Part shown: positions 34,783 through 45,554 of the stretch, piece after piece
Layout: each line of letters opens with the position of its first letter
Numbering within the stretch: the stretch's first letter is position 1
Source: Candidatus Sulfomarinibacteraceae bacterium
Lineage (GTDB): Bacteria > Acidobacteriota > Thermoanaerobaculia > Thermoanaerobaculales > Sulfomarinibacteraceae
Assembly (NCBI GenBank): GCA_963741385.1
Contig: CAVUHO010000003.1
Coordinates: forward strand, 257,129 to 321,128
Direction: 5' to 3'
Length of the DNA stretch: 64,000 bases
Position numbers and translations under genes: made by a program
Notes under the pieces: model-generated
The model's input: the letters and a program-made list of their open reading frames with translations, nothing else
The model's database searches: none
Told to the model about the DNA's origin: nothing

Positions 34783-34886
34783 TTTCGACCTCCCGCTCGG
34801 ACTCCATTGTCGTTGTTTCCGCCGGGCCTGTCACGCCGGGTGCGGCGAATCGTCGCCCGCGACAGGACGCTGGAGAGATCTGCTGG

Positions 34887-37625
34887 CTACTGCCGGTCGG
34901 CGGCGGGGACTTTCAGGTCCAACAGTTCGATGAGTTCGCTGCGGCCGAGCCCGCCGATCACGTCCTCGGTGGGCGCCACGACCCGTTCCATGAGGTCAAC
35001 CTTGGCGCGGATGAGCTCGTCGATGCGCTCTTCGATCGTGTCGCGGGTGATCAGCTTGAAGACCTGGACAAACCGCCGCTGACCGATGCGGTGGACGCGG
35101 TCGGTGGCCTGGTTTTCCTTGGCCGGGTTCCACCAGCGGTCGTAGTGGAGGACGACCGACGCGCCGGTGAGGTCGATGCCGACCCCGCCCGCAAGCAGGC
35201 TCGCCAGCAATACGCGCTCGTGCTGCTCGGAGTTGAAGCGGCGGATGATCCGGCCGCGGTCGCGGGTCTCGCCGGTGAGGACGAGGTGCGAGGTCCCGCG
35301 GCGGTCGAGGTGCTGCGACAGGAGCTTGATCATCTTGACGTATTGGGAGAAGACCACCACCTGAAGACCGCCGTCGAGGGCCTCGTCGAGGATTTCGTCG
35401 AAGATCTCGGTTTTGGCAGACTCGGAGGCCTTGCCTTCGCCGTCCTGGATCAGGGCGGGATGGTCGCAGATCTGTTTGAGGCGTGTGAGGAGGGCGAAAA
35501 TATGCATGTACGGGATATCTTCGCGTTCGTCTCGGAGCATCTCGACGATCTTGGCCGAATACTGGTCGTGGGTGGAACGGTAGAGGGAAGCCTGCGACGG
35601 CAGGAGGTGGCAGTAGCGGAGATCCTCCATCTTGTCGGGAAGGTCGGCAAGCACCTGGTCCTTGACCCGGCGAAGGGTGAGAACGCCGAGGCGTTGGCGA
35701 AGGACGTGGAGCTGGTGGTGCGAGGGGTCCCGGTGGGTGGTTCGGAACTCCCGCTCCGAACCGAGGTAGCCCGGGACGATCAGGTCGACCACCGACCACA
35801 GCTCGAGGAGGCGGTTTTCGAGCGGGGTGCCGGTCAAGGCGAGCCGGAAATCGGCGGGGATCTTGCGGGCTGCGCGGGCGGCCTTGGTACGCGGGTTCTT
35901 GATCCGTTGGGCCTCGTCGAACACCGCCACCGCCCACGACTGTTCGAGCAGTTCGTCGGTGGACCGGAAGAGAATATCGTAGGTCGTGAGCACCACCCCG
36001 CCACCGCGCAGTCCTGCAAGCGATCGCGACGGGCCGTGAAAGAGGTGGACGGCGAGGTCGGGGGCGAAGCGGCCGAGCAGCGTGCACCAGTGTTCGAGGA
36101 CGCCGCGAGGACAGACCACGAGAGTGCGGGTTTCCGGGTTGCGTTGGGCCAGCAGGCACAACAGGCCCATCACCTGGTGGGTCTTGCCGAGACCCATGTC
36201 GTCCGCCAGCAGGGCCCCGACCCGAACCAGATAGCGGCTCCACAACCATGCGACCCCTGCCGCCTGGTAGGGCCGCAGCTGCGATCGCAGACCGGGCGGA
36301 TGGGCGACGTCGTCGGTTGATCGACCCTGCAGCACGGCGGCGAGCTCGCAGAGCTCCTCGTCGGGCCCTTCGACCGGCAGCCCGGTCTCTGCGACCAGGC
36401 GGATAAAGGCCACCCGGCTGCCGAGAAGTCCGAGGTCGCAGCGTCTGCGGGGCATCTTGAAACCGAGTCCCTCGAACAGCTCGAGGTCGGGCGCCCGGAC
36501 GATGGACTCCCCGATCCTCGTAAAACCGATTTCCATCAGCGCCAGCGCCGCGGGCCACTCGACGACCTCGCCGGCGGCCGAAAACCTGGGCCGGATCCGC
36601 ACCTTGCCGTTAGGCGTCTGCTCGGCCTCGAAGGCCACCGGGTCGGGAGCCAGGGGCTGGCGGAAGGACGCCAGTTGGCCCAGCGGCAGGTACCACGAGT
36701 GGTTGCGCAGCTGGGGGTGATCGAGGTTGAGGTAGCGGAGCGCGTCTTTGCCTTTGAGAACCCGGCGGCCCAGGCGGTGGAAGGGGACCAGAGGGGTCGC
36801 AGGATCGAGGAGGCGGCAGAGGTGGTTGCCGATCCGGGCCCACCGCCCGTGAATGCGGCCGTTGAGGTCGGCGCCGGTCAGCACCTGGCCGGAGCCGAGA
36901 CGATAACCGGGCTCGAGAACGATGCCCTTGTCGTCCCAGTCGGCGATCAGGACCGGCCGCAGACGCGCTTCCGAGAGCTCGAGGTCCGCGAGCTCGCCTT
37001 CGAGTCGGATCGAGGGTAGCGACCGCAGCATCGGCAGGGCGCCGGGAAGATTGGAGGCGGTAAAGAAAACCAATCGCGTGTCGTCGGACGGCAGGACGAT
37101 TTGGACCTCGACCTCGTTGCCCTCGAGTCGGGCGACCGCAGATCCCGTCCTCTGCAGCGACAGCTGCAGCTCGAGTGCGGATCGGAGGTCCTGTCCGGTG
37201 AGGTGGCTGAGATCCACCCGCTCGGCGGCCGATTTGCCGGGCGAGATGAACGGGTGCCGGGAGTTGGCGCGCCACATGGCTCCTGGACCGAGCCGCTGCA
37301 TGGTCGCTCTGATGTCGAGCCATTGCAGGAGAGTGGCCGCAGCGTGGTAGCACAGTGAGTCCTGCTCGCCGCACGAGGAGCAGGCGCTGGCCAGAAACTC
37401 TTCCTGGCCGACATCGGAGATACGGACCGCGCACGCGGGCGACACCAACTCGGCGTCGAGATCCTCTCCCGTCCAGGTGATCTTCACCACCCGCCGCCCC
37501 TGGTAGAGATGGTAGCCGCGTTCGGCGACGCTTCGCGGCAGCTTGCCCAGCACCTCGCCGGTGTGGATCTCGAAGAGACCGGATCGGGAGTAAAACATCC
37601 GTCCGGGGGTGGAGTCCGACGTCAT
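34887..37625 (-). CDS. SNF2-family helicase with N-terminal SWIM zinc finger
   Basis: CSSC...CYHAAA (SWIM), LADDMGLGKT, DEAQRIKN, LTGTPLEN, YDRWWNPAKENQATDRVHRIGQ. Confidence 0.95.
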   Translation of the reverse strand: MTSDSTPGRMFYSRSGLFEIHTGEVLGKLPRSVAERGYHLYQGRRVVKITWTGEDLDAELVSPACAVRISDVGQEEFLASACSSCGEQDSLCYHAAATLLQWLDIRATMQRLGPGAMWRANSRHPFISPGKSAAERVDLSHLTGQDLRSALELQLSLQRTGSAVARLEGNEVEVQIVLPSDDTRLVFFTASNLPGALPMLRSLPSIRLEGELADLELSEARLRPVLIADWDDKGIVLEPGYRLGSGQVLTGADLNGRIHGRWARIGNHLCRLLDPATPLVPFHRLGRRVLKGKDALRYLNLDHPQLRNHSWYLPLGQLASFRQPLAPDPVAFEAEQTPNGKVRIRPRFSAAGEVVEWPAALALMEIGFTRIGESIVRAPDLELFEGLGFKMPRRRCDLGLLGSRVAFIRLVAETGLPVEGPDEELCELAAVLQGRSTDDVAHPPGLRSQLRPYQAAGVAWLWSRYLVRVGALLADDMGLGKTHQVMGLLCLLAQRNPETRTLVVCPRGVLEHWCTLLGRFAPDLAVHLFHGPSRSLAGLRGGGVVLTTYDILFRSTDELLEQSWAVAVFDEAQRIKNPRTKAARAARKIPADFRLALTGTPLENRLLELWSVVDLIVPGYLGSEREFRTTHRDPSHHQLHVLRQRLGVLTLRRVKDQVLADLPDKMEDLRYCHLLPSQASLYRSTHDQYSAKIVEMLRDEREDIPYMHIFALLTRLKQICDHPALIQDGEGKASESAKTEIFDEILDEALDGGLQVVVFSQYVKMIKLLSQHLDRRGTSHLVLTGETRDRGRIIRRFNSEQHERVLLASLLAGGVGIDLTGASVVLHYDRWWNPAKENQATDRVHRIGQRRFVQVFKLITRDTIEERIDELIRAKVDLMERVVAPTEDVIGGLGRSELIELLDLKVPAADRQ

Positions 37626-37679
37626 AGCCCATCAATATAGCAGGGAACTCCTCGAGTTTCCGGGCTGCGGGCGCGCCTT

Positions 37680-38888
37680 TCAGATTCTGCGGCGAAGGGG
37701 CTTTGACAGCGCCGCGAATCCAATGCCGAGGAAAATCCCGATCACGCCGACCCCGAACCACAGGACGTCCGGTCCGAGGTGCTGGTAGACGGCGGTGCCG
37801 GCAACCGGTCCGATGACAAACGCGGTGGAGAACGCGAGGGTGTAGATCCCCATGTAACGGCCCGTCTGGCCGCGACCGGCGCGTTCGGCGACCACCGTGT
37901 TGGAGATCGGCATGGCCAGCATTTCTCCCAAGGTGAGGATGACCATTGCCGCGACAGCATACAAGTAGGGCGGACCGAACGGCAGGAGGGCGAGGCCGGC
38001 GCCCACCAGCAGCGCACCGACACCCACCGTGCGCAACCCGTCGAGCCTTTCGACCGCCCGAATCACCAGCATCTCGGTGAGCGCGATCAGCAGCGCGTTG
38101 ATCGACAGGAGAAGCCCGATGGAGCGCTCGGACACCCCGTAAAAGGCCCGTAGGAAGAGCGGCATCGTGGTCCACACCTGGAAAAAGGCCATTGCGAGGA
38201 TCACGATGAGGCACAGGAACAGGAGGAACGGCCCGTCTTTCCAGGGCGACCGCCCGGGCGGCTCCGTCGAGCCAGGATCATCCTCCTGCGGTCGAAAGCC
38301 CGCACCGAACACCACGACGAGCACCAGCGCGGCCATCCAGCAGGTCATGGCGTCGCCGACGAACAGCCAGGCGTATCCATATGGGGCGAGCAGACCGGCG
38401 ATCGAGGGACCGATACCCATGCCGAGGTTGGCGGCGAGGCGGATCAAGGCAAACGAGCGTTTTCTGGTTCCCGGTGCGCAGTAGTGAGCCACCGACGCCA
38501 TGAGCGCCGGGCGAAAGGCGTCGGAAACCACGGCAAGTACGAAAATGCCCAGAGCCAGCGAGAAAAAGCTCTCGAGTCGGGTGAAGGCGAGAAAGCCGAC
38601 GCCGCTGGCGGCCAGCGACAGCTGTTGGACCCGGAGCGGGCTCACGCGGTCAGAAAGCCATCCGCCGGCGTAGGAACCCACCATGGAGCCGAACCCGAAA
38701 CAGCCGATGATCTGTCCGGCGCGGACCGCCGTGAGGCCGAGATCGTGGGTCAGATAGAGGCTCAGGAAGGGCAGCACCATGGTCCCCGCCCGGTTGACGA
38801 GGAGTGCCCCCGACAGCAACCACACCTCGCGCGGAAGACCCGCGAACGAGGCGCGGTAGGCGGCGGTCACGGCGCGGAAAAAACCCAT
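37680..38888 (-). CDS. MFS transporter
   Basis: About 12 hydrophobic segments, GGWLSDRV motif A, GRYMGIY. Confidence 0.92.
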   Translation of the reverse strand: MGFFRAVTAAYRASFAGLPREVWLLSGALLVNRAGTMVLPFLSLYLTHDLGLTAVRAGQIIGCFGFGSMVGSYAGGWLSDRVSPLRVQQLSLAASGVGFLAFTRLESFFSLALGIFVLAVVSDAFRPALMASVAHYCAPGTRKRSFALIRLAANLGMGIGPSIAGLLAPYGYAWLFVGDAMTCWMAALVLVVVFGAGFRPQEDDPGSTEPPGRSPWKDGPFLLFLCLIVILAMAFFQVWTTMPLFLRAFYGVSERSIGLLLSINALLIALTEMLVIRAVERLDGLRTVGVGALLVGAGLALLPFGPPYLYAVAAMVILTLGEMLAMPISNTVVAERAGRGQTGRYMGIYTLAFSTAFVIGPVAGTAVYQHLGPDVLWFGVGVIGIFLGIGFAALSKPLRRRI

Positions 38889-39174
38889 CGAACGACAACG
38901 CCAGCCGGAGCGATCGGCTCCGGGTTGAGCTGAGGAGTATAGCCGGTTGGCTGACGCATTCTGCTGCCGGACCCGGCCGCCGATGGGGCTCCCTCTCCGG
39001 GTGTGTCAAGGCGTCATGCGACGACGGGTCGAGTGACGCCTTGTTGGAATCTACGACCCAAGCGTGAGGAGTCCAGGCTGCGTTCGGTCAAGATCTAGGT
39101 CGAAAACGCAGAAAACGGTTTCTGTTGACGGGCGCAAGGGTTGATGACACATTCCCCGGATCCGGGAGGTGCCG

Positions 39175-39812
39175 ATGTTCGAGACCCTGGGCCCCGCGCT
39201 GCTGATTTTCTGCCTTCGCTGCATCGATGTCTCGTTGGGGACCATGCGAATGATCCTGACGATTCAGGGCAAGCGAACGTTGTCGGCGGCGATCGGGTTT
39301 GTCGAGGTGACGGTGTTCATCACCGCCGTGGCCTCGGTCGTCCGAGGACCCCTCGATCCGCTGCGGATGCTGGCCTACGGCGGCGGATTCGCGGCCGGGA
39401 CCTTTCTCGGCGTGACGCATCGACCGCCGCCTCGGGCTCGGCGACGCCGTGCGTGCGAGTGATCTCGAAGTCGCACAAACAGCTGGTCGCCGCCCTTTCG
39501 GCCGTCGGCTTCGGTCTGACTCTGGTTGACGGCCGCGGCGGTCGCGGGAGCGAGGTGGGGGTCGTGTTCTCGGTGTGCCACCGCAACCGTCTTCAGGAGC
39601 TCCTCGAGATCGTTCGCCAGGTCGACCGCAGCGCGATCGTGACGGTGCAGGAGGTCCGCGAGCAGGTGCATGGTTTTTTCAGCCGCAAACGGCCGGCGCC
39701 GCCCGCGACGCGGGCCGCTCGAGCCGACCCGAGTGAGGCGGAGTCAGAACACTCGGTTCGCCGCCGATTCCGGGTTTGTCTGTCGGGTAGAGGTATCCGT
39801 CGTGGAGCTTGA
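39175..39812 (+). pseudogene. DUF2179/DUF5698 (YebE-like) membrane protein broken by two single-C insertions; 3' end uncertain
   Basis: IFCLRCIDVSLGTMR...AIGFVEV...YGGGFAAGTFLG; removing C39418 and C39452 restores GVTIDRRLGLGDAVVRVISK...GFGLTLVDGRGG. Confidence 0.75.
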
Positions 39813-40812
39813 CGGCGTCGGGCGCAGGATCACCAATCAGACCGATGTGGCCGTCGAGATCGGCGAACTCGACGTTGGGGCGAGCCAGTGCGAAGTGCAG
39901 CCCGGCCGCGATGGAGAAGGCCGACTCGTCCATGCACCCGACCATCACCTCGAGCCCTGCCGAACGGGCGACCGCATTGACCTGCAGGGCGTCGGCGATT
40001 CCGCCGACCTTCATCAGCTTGACGTTGAACATGTCCACCAGGTCCCTTCGGGCGAGGTCAAGCGCGTCCCGGAGGTCCATCAGGCTCTCGTCGGCCATGA
40101 CCGGAATCGATACCGCGTTGGTCACGAGCCCCAGCCACTCGGGGTCGCTGCGTGGCGTGGGTTGTTCGAAGATGGCGATTTCTGCGGCCTGACATTTTTT
40201 GGCGAACTCGACCGATTGAGCGACCGAAAAGCCCTGGTTGGCGTCGAAACGGAGTTCTATGGACTGGCCGACGGCTTCCCGGACCGCCGTGACCCTTTCC
40301 GCGTCTTCGAGATGGTTGGCGCCTCCTTTGAGCTTGAGGCATTTGAATCCGCGGCCGACCCAGTGCCGCGCCCGCTCGACAGTATCTGGCAGCGGCAGAA
40401 TGCCGACGGTCATGCTGGTGAGCATCCGATCCCGGTATCCACCAAGCACCTTCCATAGCGGAAGGCCCGCCGTCTTTCCGAGAATGTCATGGAGCGCCAT
40501 GTCGACCGCCGCTCGTGCCGACGGATGGGCCGCGAGCGGTTCCCGCACCCGCTCCAGGAGCATCGCGAGGCGCAGCGGGTCCGCATCCATGAGGAGCGGG
40601 CGGGCGATCTCGTCGAGCACGGCGAGTACGGTTGATGGTGTTTCGCCGGTCACTTCCAGGTCGGGCGCCGCACAACCGAACCCGACCGGCCCCGATCCCG
40701 TATCCAGCCGCAGGAACACGTTGCTCGCCGAGTCGAACGTGTCGTAGGCGATGGTGTAGGGCTCCTCGAGCCCCATCGTGACCTCGAACGTCTCGATGCC
40801 GGAAATTTTCAT
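39679..40812 (-). CDS. L-Ala-D/L-Glu epimerase family (enolase superfamily; DgcA-like)
   Basis: KLKGG (KxK), DANQ, EQP, ADES, NVKLMKVGG, GCMDES, DLDG. Confidence 0.92.
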   Translation of the reverse strand: MKISGIETFEVTMGLEEPYTIAYDTFDSASNVFLRLDTGSGPVGFGCAAPDLEVTGETPSTVLAVLDEIARPLLMDADPLRLAMLLERVREPLAAHPSARAAVDMALHDILGKTAGLPLWKVLGGYRDRMLTSMTVGILPLPDTVERARHWVGRGFKCLKLKGGANHLEDAERVTAVREAVGQSIELRFDANQGFSVAQSVEFAKKCQAAEIAIFEQPTPRSDPEWLGLVTNAVSIPVMADESLMDLRDALDLARRDLVDMFNVKLMKVGGIADALQVNAVARSAGLEVMVGCMDESAFSIAAGLHFALARPNVEFADLDGHIGLIGDPAPDAVKLHDGYLYPTDKPGIGGEPSVLTPPHSGRLERPASRAAPAVCG

Positions 40813-41891
40813 CGGTGTTGCCGCTCGATCACCACCTTGGCAAGACCTCCTGCGCCGTCCCGCAGGACGTCGAACGCGGGCAGCCCGGTTTCGGCCGTGA
40901 TGGCGGCACACGCGGCGTCGACCGCGTTGCCCGCAAGCTCCTCGTGATTGAGAGTGACGGCCACCACCGGTCGTCCGGAGATCAGCTCGATGGCCTCGAT
41001 CTGACGCGAAAGCGGGTGCATCGGGTTGCCCGGGAACCCGTCGTACTCGAGCCGGGCCGGGGCGTGCTGGATGACCACCATGTCCGGCCGACCCGCGGCA
41101 AGGATCTCGAAACCTCCCGGATAGGCGGGGTTCATGAGGCTCCCCTGGCCCTCGATGATGATGACCTTCGGATGGCGTTCGGACCACGCCGACCACACCG
41201 CGTGCTCGATCTCTCCGGCTACGAAGTCGTTGACGATGGAGTCGAGGATGATGGAGAAACGCGCGCCCTGCAGCCACGCCGTCTGGCCGGTGCCGACCAT
41301 TTCGGCGCTGACGCCGCGAGTCTCGAGCTCGTCGGCGAGCAGCCAGGCGGTGGTGCGTTTGCCCACCGCCGAATCGGTCCCGAGGATGGCCACCTTGAGG
41401 CTGCCGACTTCCTCGATCTTGCCGGCGAAGAAGTGGAGTTCGGCGGTCGGTTTCGGTTTGCGAACGTCGTACAGGGTGACGCCGCGGGCGCGGGCCAGCT
41501 GCGCCAGGTCGGCGTCGTCGGACAGGTAGTCGTGCAGACCCGAGACCACATTGAGACCGAGGTCGACGGCGCGCCGGACGTCGCCGCGCGCAGCGGTGTC
41601 GAGGCGGCCGCCGTCGGGTGCGATCCCGATCACCAGGTGCGTCGCGGGCAGGCCGCGGCCGACCGCTGCGTCGACGGCGGTCTCAATGTCGGCCTCGATG
41701 GGGATGCCGAGGGTTCGGCCGTCGAGCACGTCGCCGGCGTCCTTCCCCGCGTGGTGTGAGTCCACCACCGACACCACACGGTAGCGTCGCGACCGGCGGA
41801 CGAGACCGTGCGCGGTCTTGCCGTAGGTGGTGCCGAAAGCCCCCTCACAGTAAACGATGGCCTTGCCGTCGACGCTGTCAGGCGTTGTCAT
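40809..41891 (-). CDS. DUF1611 protein (DgcN-like N-acetyltransferase)
   Basis: KTAHGLVR, GLHDYLSDD, GTDSAVGKRTT, GTGQT, IEGQGSL; ATGA-coupled to the epimerase. Confidence 0.9.
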   Translation of the reverse strand: MTTPDSVDGKAIVYCEGAFGTTYGKTAHGLVRRSRRYRVVSVVDSHHAGKDAGDVLDGRTLGIPIEADIETAVDAAVGRGLPATHLVIGIAPDGGRLDTAARGDVRRAVDLGLNVVSGLHDYLSDDADLAQLARARGVTLYDVRKPKPTAELHFFAGKIEEVGSLKVAILGTDSAVGKRTTAWLLADELETRGVSAEMVGTGQTAWLQGARFSIILDSIVNDFVAGEIEHAVWSAWSERHPKVIIIEGQGSLMNPAYPGGFEILAAGRPDMVVIQHAPARLEYDGFPGNPMHPLSRQIEAIELISGRPVVAVTLNHEELAGNAVDAACAAITAETGLPAFDVLRDGAGGLAKVVIERQHR

Positions 41892-41932
41892 GTTGTCCTC
41901 CCGGCTCTCCCACCATCGGCGCAGGGCCAATC

Positions 41933-42817
41933 ATGCCGCAACCGCAGGTGTTTCGCTACACTGACATGGTGAAGGAACCCCGCGTCACGTTGGCTCTCGG
42001 CGGCGGTGCCGCCAAGGGCCTCGCCCACGTCGGCGTCCTCCGTGGTCTCGAGGAGGACGGCGTCGAGGTCTCCGCCATCGCCGGCACGTCGATGGGGGCC
42101 ATTGTCGGAGCATTGTCGGCCCGCGGGATGAGCGCCGCAGAGATGGTCGGATTTTTCGGTGCGGTCGATTGGAACCGCCTCGGGTGGATCATGGCTCGAT
42201 CGATCGGAGGCGCCGCCTTTCGAGACCTGGTGGCGGAGACTCTCGGTTCGGGCTCCATCGAAGATCTGCCGCTCCCTTACGCCGCGGTGTGCTGCGACCT
42301 CGCAACCGGCGATGAGGTCGTGCTGAGGAGTGGAATGCTCGAGGAGGCGGTGCGCGCGTCGTCGGCCATACCGGGGCTCCTCCCCACGGTCGAGATCGAG
42401 GGACGCACTCTGGTGGACGGGGCGATGGTGACGCCGGTACCGGTGGCCGCCGCCGGCTCGCTGTCCGGTGAGCCCGTGCTGGCGGTCAACGTCCTGCGCC
42501 TCGGTGCGCCACCGGAGGGAGCCAGACCGGCGGTCGGCCGCCTGCTCGAGGCGGCGACGCCGACGCCCATCTTCCGACGGGTCGAGAGGCTTTTCGGACG
42601 ATATCGGCAGCGCCTGTTCGAGCGCCGGCCGGTGGCCCTCAACCGTCTCGAGGTGCTGATGCGGTCGTCCCACGTCATGCAATACAACCTGTCCCGTCGG
42701 TGCGACCCGTCGACCCGCGCGATCGAGCCCGACGTGAGCCGGTTCGGGTGGTTCGACTTTCACCTCGCCGATCAGATCATCGACGAGGGGTATCGCGCCT
42801 ACCGTGAGTTCGCCTGA
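41933..42817 (+). CDS. patatin-like phospholipase (NTE/RssA type)
   Basis: ALGGGAAKGLAHVG, GTSMG, LVDG. Confidence 0.92.
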   Translation: MPQPQVFRYTDMVKEPRVTLALGGGAAKGLAHVGVLRGLEEDGVEVSAIAGTSMGAIVGALSARGMSAAEMVGFFGAVDWNRLGWIMARSIGGAAFRDLVAETLGSGSIEDLPLPYAAVCCDLATGDEVVLRSGMLEEAVRASSAIPGLLPTVEIEGRTLVDGAMVTPVPVAAAGSLSGEPVLAVNVLRLGAPPEGARPAVGRLLEAATPTPIFRRVERLFGRYRQRLFERRPVALNRLEVLMRSSHVMQYNLSRRCDPSTRAIEPDVSRFGWFDFHLADQIIDEGYRAYREFA

Positions 42818-42824
42818 CGGGGTT

Positions 42825-43400
42825 TCACAGGTTGCCGGCCGCGAAATCCCAGTTCACCAACTCCCAGAAATGTTCGAGATACTTCGGCCGCGCGTTGCGG
42901 TAGTCGATGTAGTAGGCGTGCTCCCAGACGTCGCAGGTCATAAGCGCCGTGCACGGGTGGGTGAGCGGGGTCTCGGCGTTGGCGGTTGTGATGATGGCGA
43001 GCCCGCTCTCCGGTTTGTTCACCAACCACGCCCAGCCCGAACCGAAGCGGCCGATGGCGGCCTTGGTGAACTCTTCCCGGAATGCGGCGAAGGAGCCGAA
43101 ACCGGCGGCGATTTTGTCGGCGAGGACACCCTTTGGTTCGCCGCCGCCGTCGGGGCTGAGGGACGACCAGTAAAAGGTGTGGTTCCAAACCTGGGCGGCG
43201 TTGTTGAAGAGAGCGCCGTCGGAGCCTTTTACGATGTTCTCGAGGCTCTGATTTCCCCACTCGGTTCCAGCCGTGAGCTTGTTGAGGTTGTCGACATAGG
43301 CGCGGTGGTGTTTGCCGTGGTGATAGGCGATAGTCTCCGGCGAAATGTGCGGGGCGAGTGCGTCGTCCGCATACGGCAGCGGCGGCAATTCGAATGCCAT
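42825..43400 (-). CDS. sodB: Fe/Mn superoxide dismutase (Fe-type signature)
   Basis: [32 protein letters not shown]. Confidence 0.97.
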   Translation of the reverse strand: MAFELPPLPYADDALAPHISPETIAYHHGKHHRAYVDNLNKLTAGTEWGNQSLENIVKGSDGALFNNAAQVWNHTFYWSSLSPDGGGEPKGVLADKIAAGFGSFAAFREEFTKAAIGRFGSGWAWLVNKPESGLAIITTANAETPLTHPCTALMTCDVWEHAYYIDYRNARPKYLEHFWELVNWDFAAGNL

Positions 43401-43500
43401 GATGTCCTCCTTTGTTCGACGGCATCATACACCCGTGGTCCACGTCTCCGGTTGAGATTAGGGAGTCGAAACAGGCGTTGAGCTGAGAACGGAGGAATCG

Positions 43501-45441
43501 TCAGACCGGTTCGGTCGGTTTGCCGGCGCCGCCTTCGTCGGAGGTGTCGGGAGACCCGGGCTCGGCAGGGGGGCTCCGGCGCGGCGTGTTGGCCGCGACG
43601 TCCTCGACGACTGTCGTCTTCTCTTCGGTCGAGACCCGGTGTGCCTCGAGGGTCTCTAGCGGCCGTCCGTCGGCCACCAGCAGGATGAGACGGTCAAGTT
43701 GCGGCAGGTGTGCGTCGTCGACCTTCAGCGTCGGTTCGCCGTCCTCGGAGCCTACAAGTCGTAACACGCCTTCACGGTGCTCCCGTTCGACCGCAATCAG
43801 GGCCGCGTACGACTCTGGCGAGCGGGGGTCGATCGTCACCTCGGAGGCCTGACCATTTTCGATGCGGCGGTTCCACCCGGGCACGTCGATGCTGACACCT
43901 CCGAGCAGGTCGATCCAGGCCCGCGATCGGCGACCGAGTTCTTCCGGTGGTTGTTGGATGGCCACGACAGGATGTTCGACGCCGAATTCAGCCCGGACCA
44001 TCTCGGCCACCAGGAGGTTGAGTTCATCGTTGGTGGTGGTCGCGATCACCAGCGAATCACGCTCCACTCCGGCGTCCTCGTAGGTGGCTGCGTCGCGGGC
44101 GTCTCCGACGACGATCGGCAGCCCGGCAGCGCGAAACCCGTCGAGACGCCACGACGCGGCGTCGATTCCGACGGTGGTTCGTCCGGCCGACGTCAACAAC
44201 CGGGCGAGGCTTTCGCTGAGGGCGTTCGCTCCCACGAGAACCGCCTTGCGGCGTGCTGGATCGTCGGTGTAGCCGAGGAGCTTCGGCAGAACCAGCGCTC
44301 CCACCGTGGCCCACGCTCCGGTGACCAGGATCGTCAGATAGACCAACCCTTCGAGCTCGGCCGCGCCGGCCAGACCGGCCTTGCCCATCTCGCGGGCTGC
44401 CAGCGACGCCACGGCCGCAGCGACAATGCCGCGGGGCGCGGTGAGGGCGATCACGATTCGCCCGCGCACATCGAGTTGTTGCGGCCAGATGGACAGCGCC
44501 ACGGAGAGAGGGCGAACCAGCACGATCAAAGCCGCCACTGCGACGACCCCGCTCCATCCCAGAGAAACGACGGCGCCGAGATCGAGCTGGGCCGCGAGCA
44601 GGATGAAGAGCATCGAGATGATCAGCGTGGTGAGTTGACCCTTGAACGCCCGCACCGTGACCAGGTCGGGGAGGTCGGCGGCGGAGATGGTGAGACCCAT
44701 CACGGTGGCGGCGAGGATGCCGGACTGGTGGGCTTGGTTTTCGGCCACCAGATAGCACACCATGAGCAGCGCGAGGATGCTGAGGTTCCTCAGCTCGCCC
44801 CCCACCAACCGGGTGCGAAGGATCATCTTTGCAATCGCCCCGGCGACAAAGCCGAGGACGATCCCGGTTGCGGCCAGGGTCAAGACCTCGCCGGTCAGGG
44901 CGCTGAAGGGGATGCCGGCCCGCTCGATCCACTGCAGCACCAGATAGGCGAGGATCGCGCCGATGGGATCGACGATGAGGCCCTCGGAGAGGAGGATGGT
45001 CTTGACCTCGCGAGGGGCGATCATGTGGCGGAGGAGGGGCACGATGACGGTCGGTCCGGTGACCGTGACGATGGCCCCGAAGAGCGCCGCAGTCGTCCAT
45101 GGCATGCCCACCGCCCAGTGGGCGACGGCGGCTGAAGCAACCCCCGTAACGCCGACGCCGATGGTCAGGAGGTTGCCCACGGCCGACCCCACCCGGGAGA
45201 GGCGTTGCGGATCGAGGGAAAGCCCTCCCTCGAAGAGGATGATCGCGACGCCGAGGTGGATGAGGGCCTCCAACGCATCGCCGAGGGCCTCCGGGTGAAC
45301 GAAGGCAAGACCGAAGGGCCCGAAGAAGATCCCGAGCACCAGCAGCGGCATGATCGCCGGCAGCTGGAACCGTTCGGCGAGGATCTGGCCTGCGATGCCC
45401 AAGGCCACCGCGGCGACGAAGGTTGTGAGAATGGTCTCCAT
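43501..45441 (-). CDS. CPA1 cation:proton antiporter with TrkA-N/RCK domain
   Basis: ILFEGG, VTGPTVI, SEGLIVDPIG, APRGIVAAAVA; C-terminal VLVGAN Rossmann fold. Confidence 0.92.
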   Translation of the reverse strand: METILTTFVAAVALGIAGQILAERFQLPAIMPLLVLGIFFGPFGLAFVHPEALGDALEALIHLGVAIILFEGGLSLDPQRLSRVGSAVGNLLTIGVGVTGVASAAVAHWAVGMPWTTAALFGAIVTVTGPTVIVPLLRHMIAPREVKTILLSEGLIVDPIGAILAYLVLQWIERAGIPFSALTGEVLTLAATGIVLGFVAGAIAKMILRTRLVGGELRNLSILALLMVCYLVAENQAHQSGILAATVMGLTISAADLPDLVTVRAFKGQLTTLIISMLFILLAAQLDLGAVVSLGWSGVVAVAALIVLVRPLSVALSIWPQQLDVRGRIVIALTAPRGIVAAAVASLAAREMGKAGLAGAAELEGLVYLTILVTGAWATVGALVLPKLLGYTDDPARRKAVLVGANALSESLARLLTSAGRTTVGIDAASWRLDGFRAAGLPIVVGDARDAATYEDAGVERDSLVIATTTNDELNLLVAEMVRAEFGVEHPVVAIQQPPEELGRRSRAWIDLLGGVSIDVPGWNRRIENGQASEVTIDPRSPESYAALIAVEREHREGVLRLVGSEDGEPTLKVDDAHLPQLDRLILLVADGRPLETLEAHRVSTEEKTTVVEDVAANTPRRSPPAEPGSPDTSDEGGAGKPTEPV

Positions 45442-45554
45442 GTCCGGGGCCCATCATACCGGGACGTCGGGTGAGGCGGAAACAGGGGTCAAATCGACGC
45501 CTTTTCTGGTAACTTGGTTCGAGGAGCTGGAAGGAATTTGTCGGTGAGGTCAGT

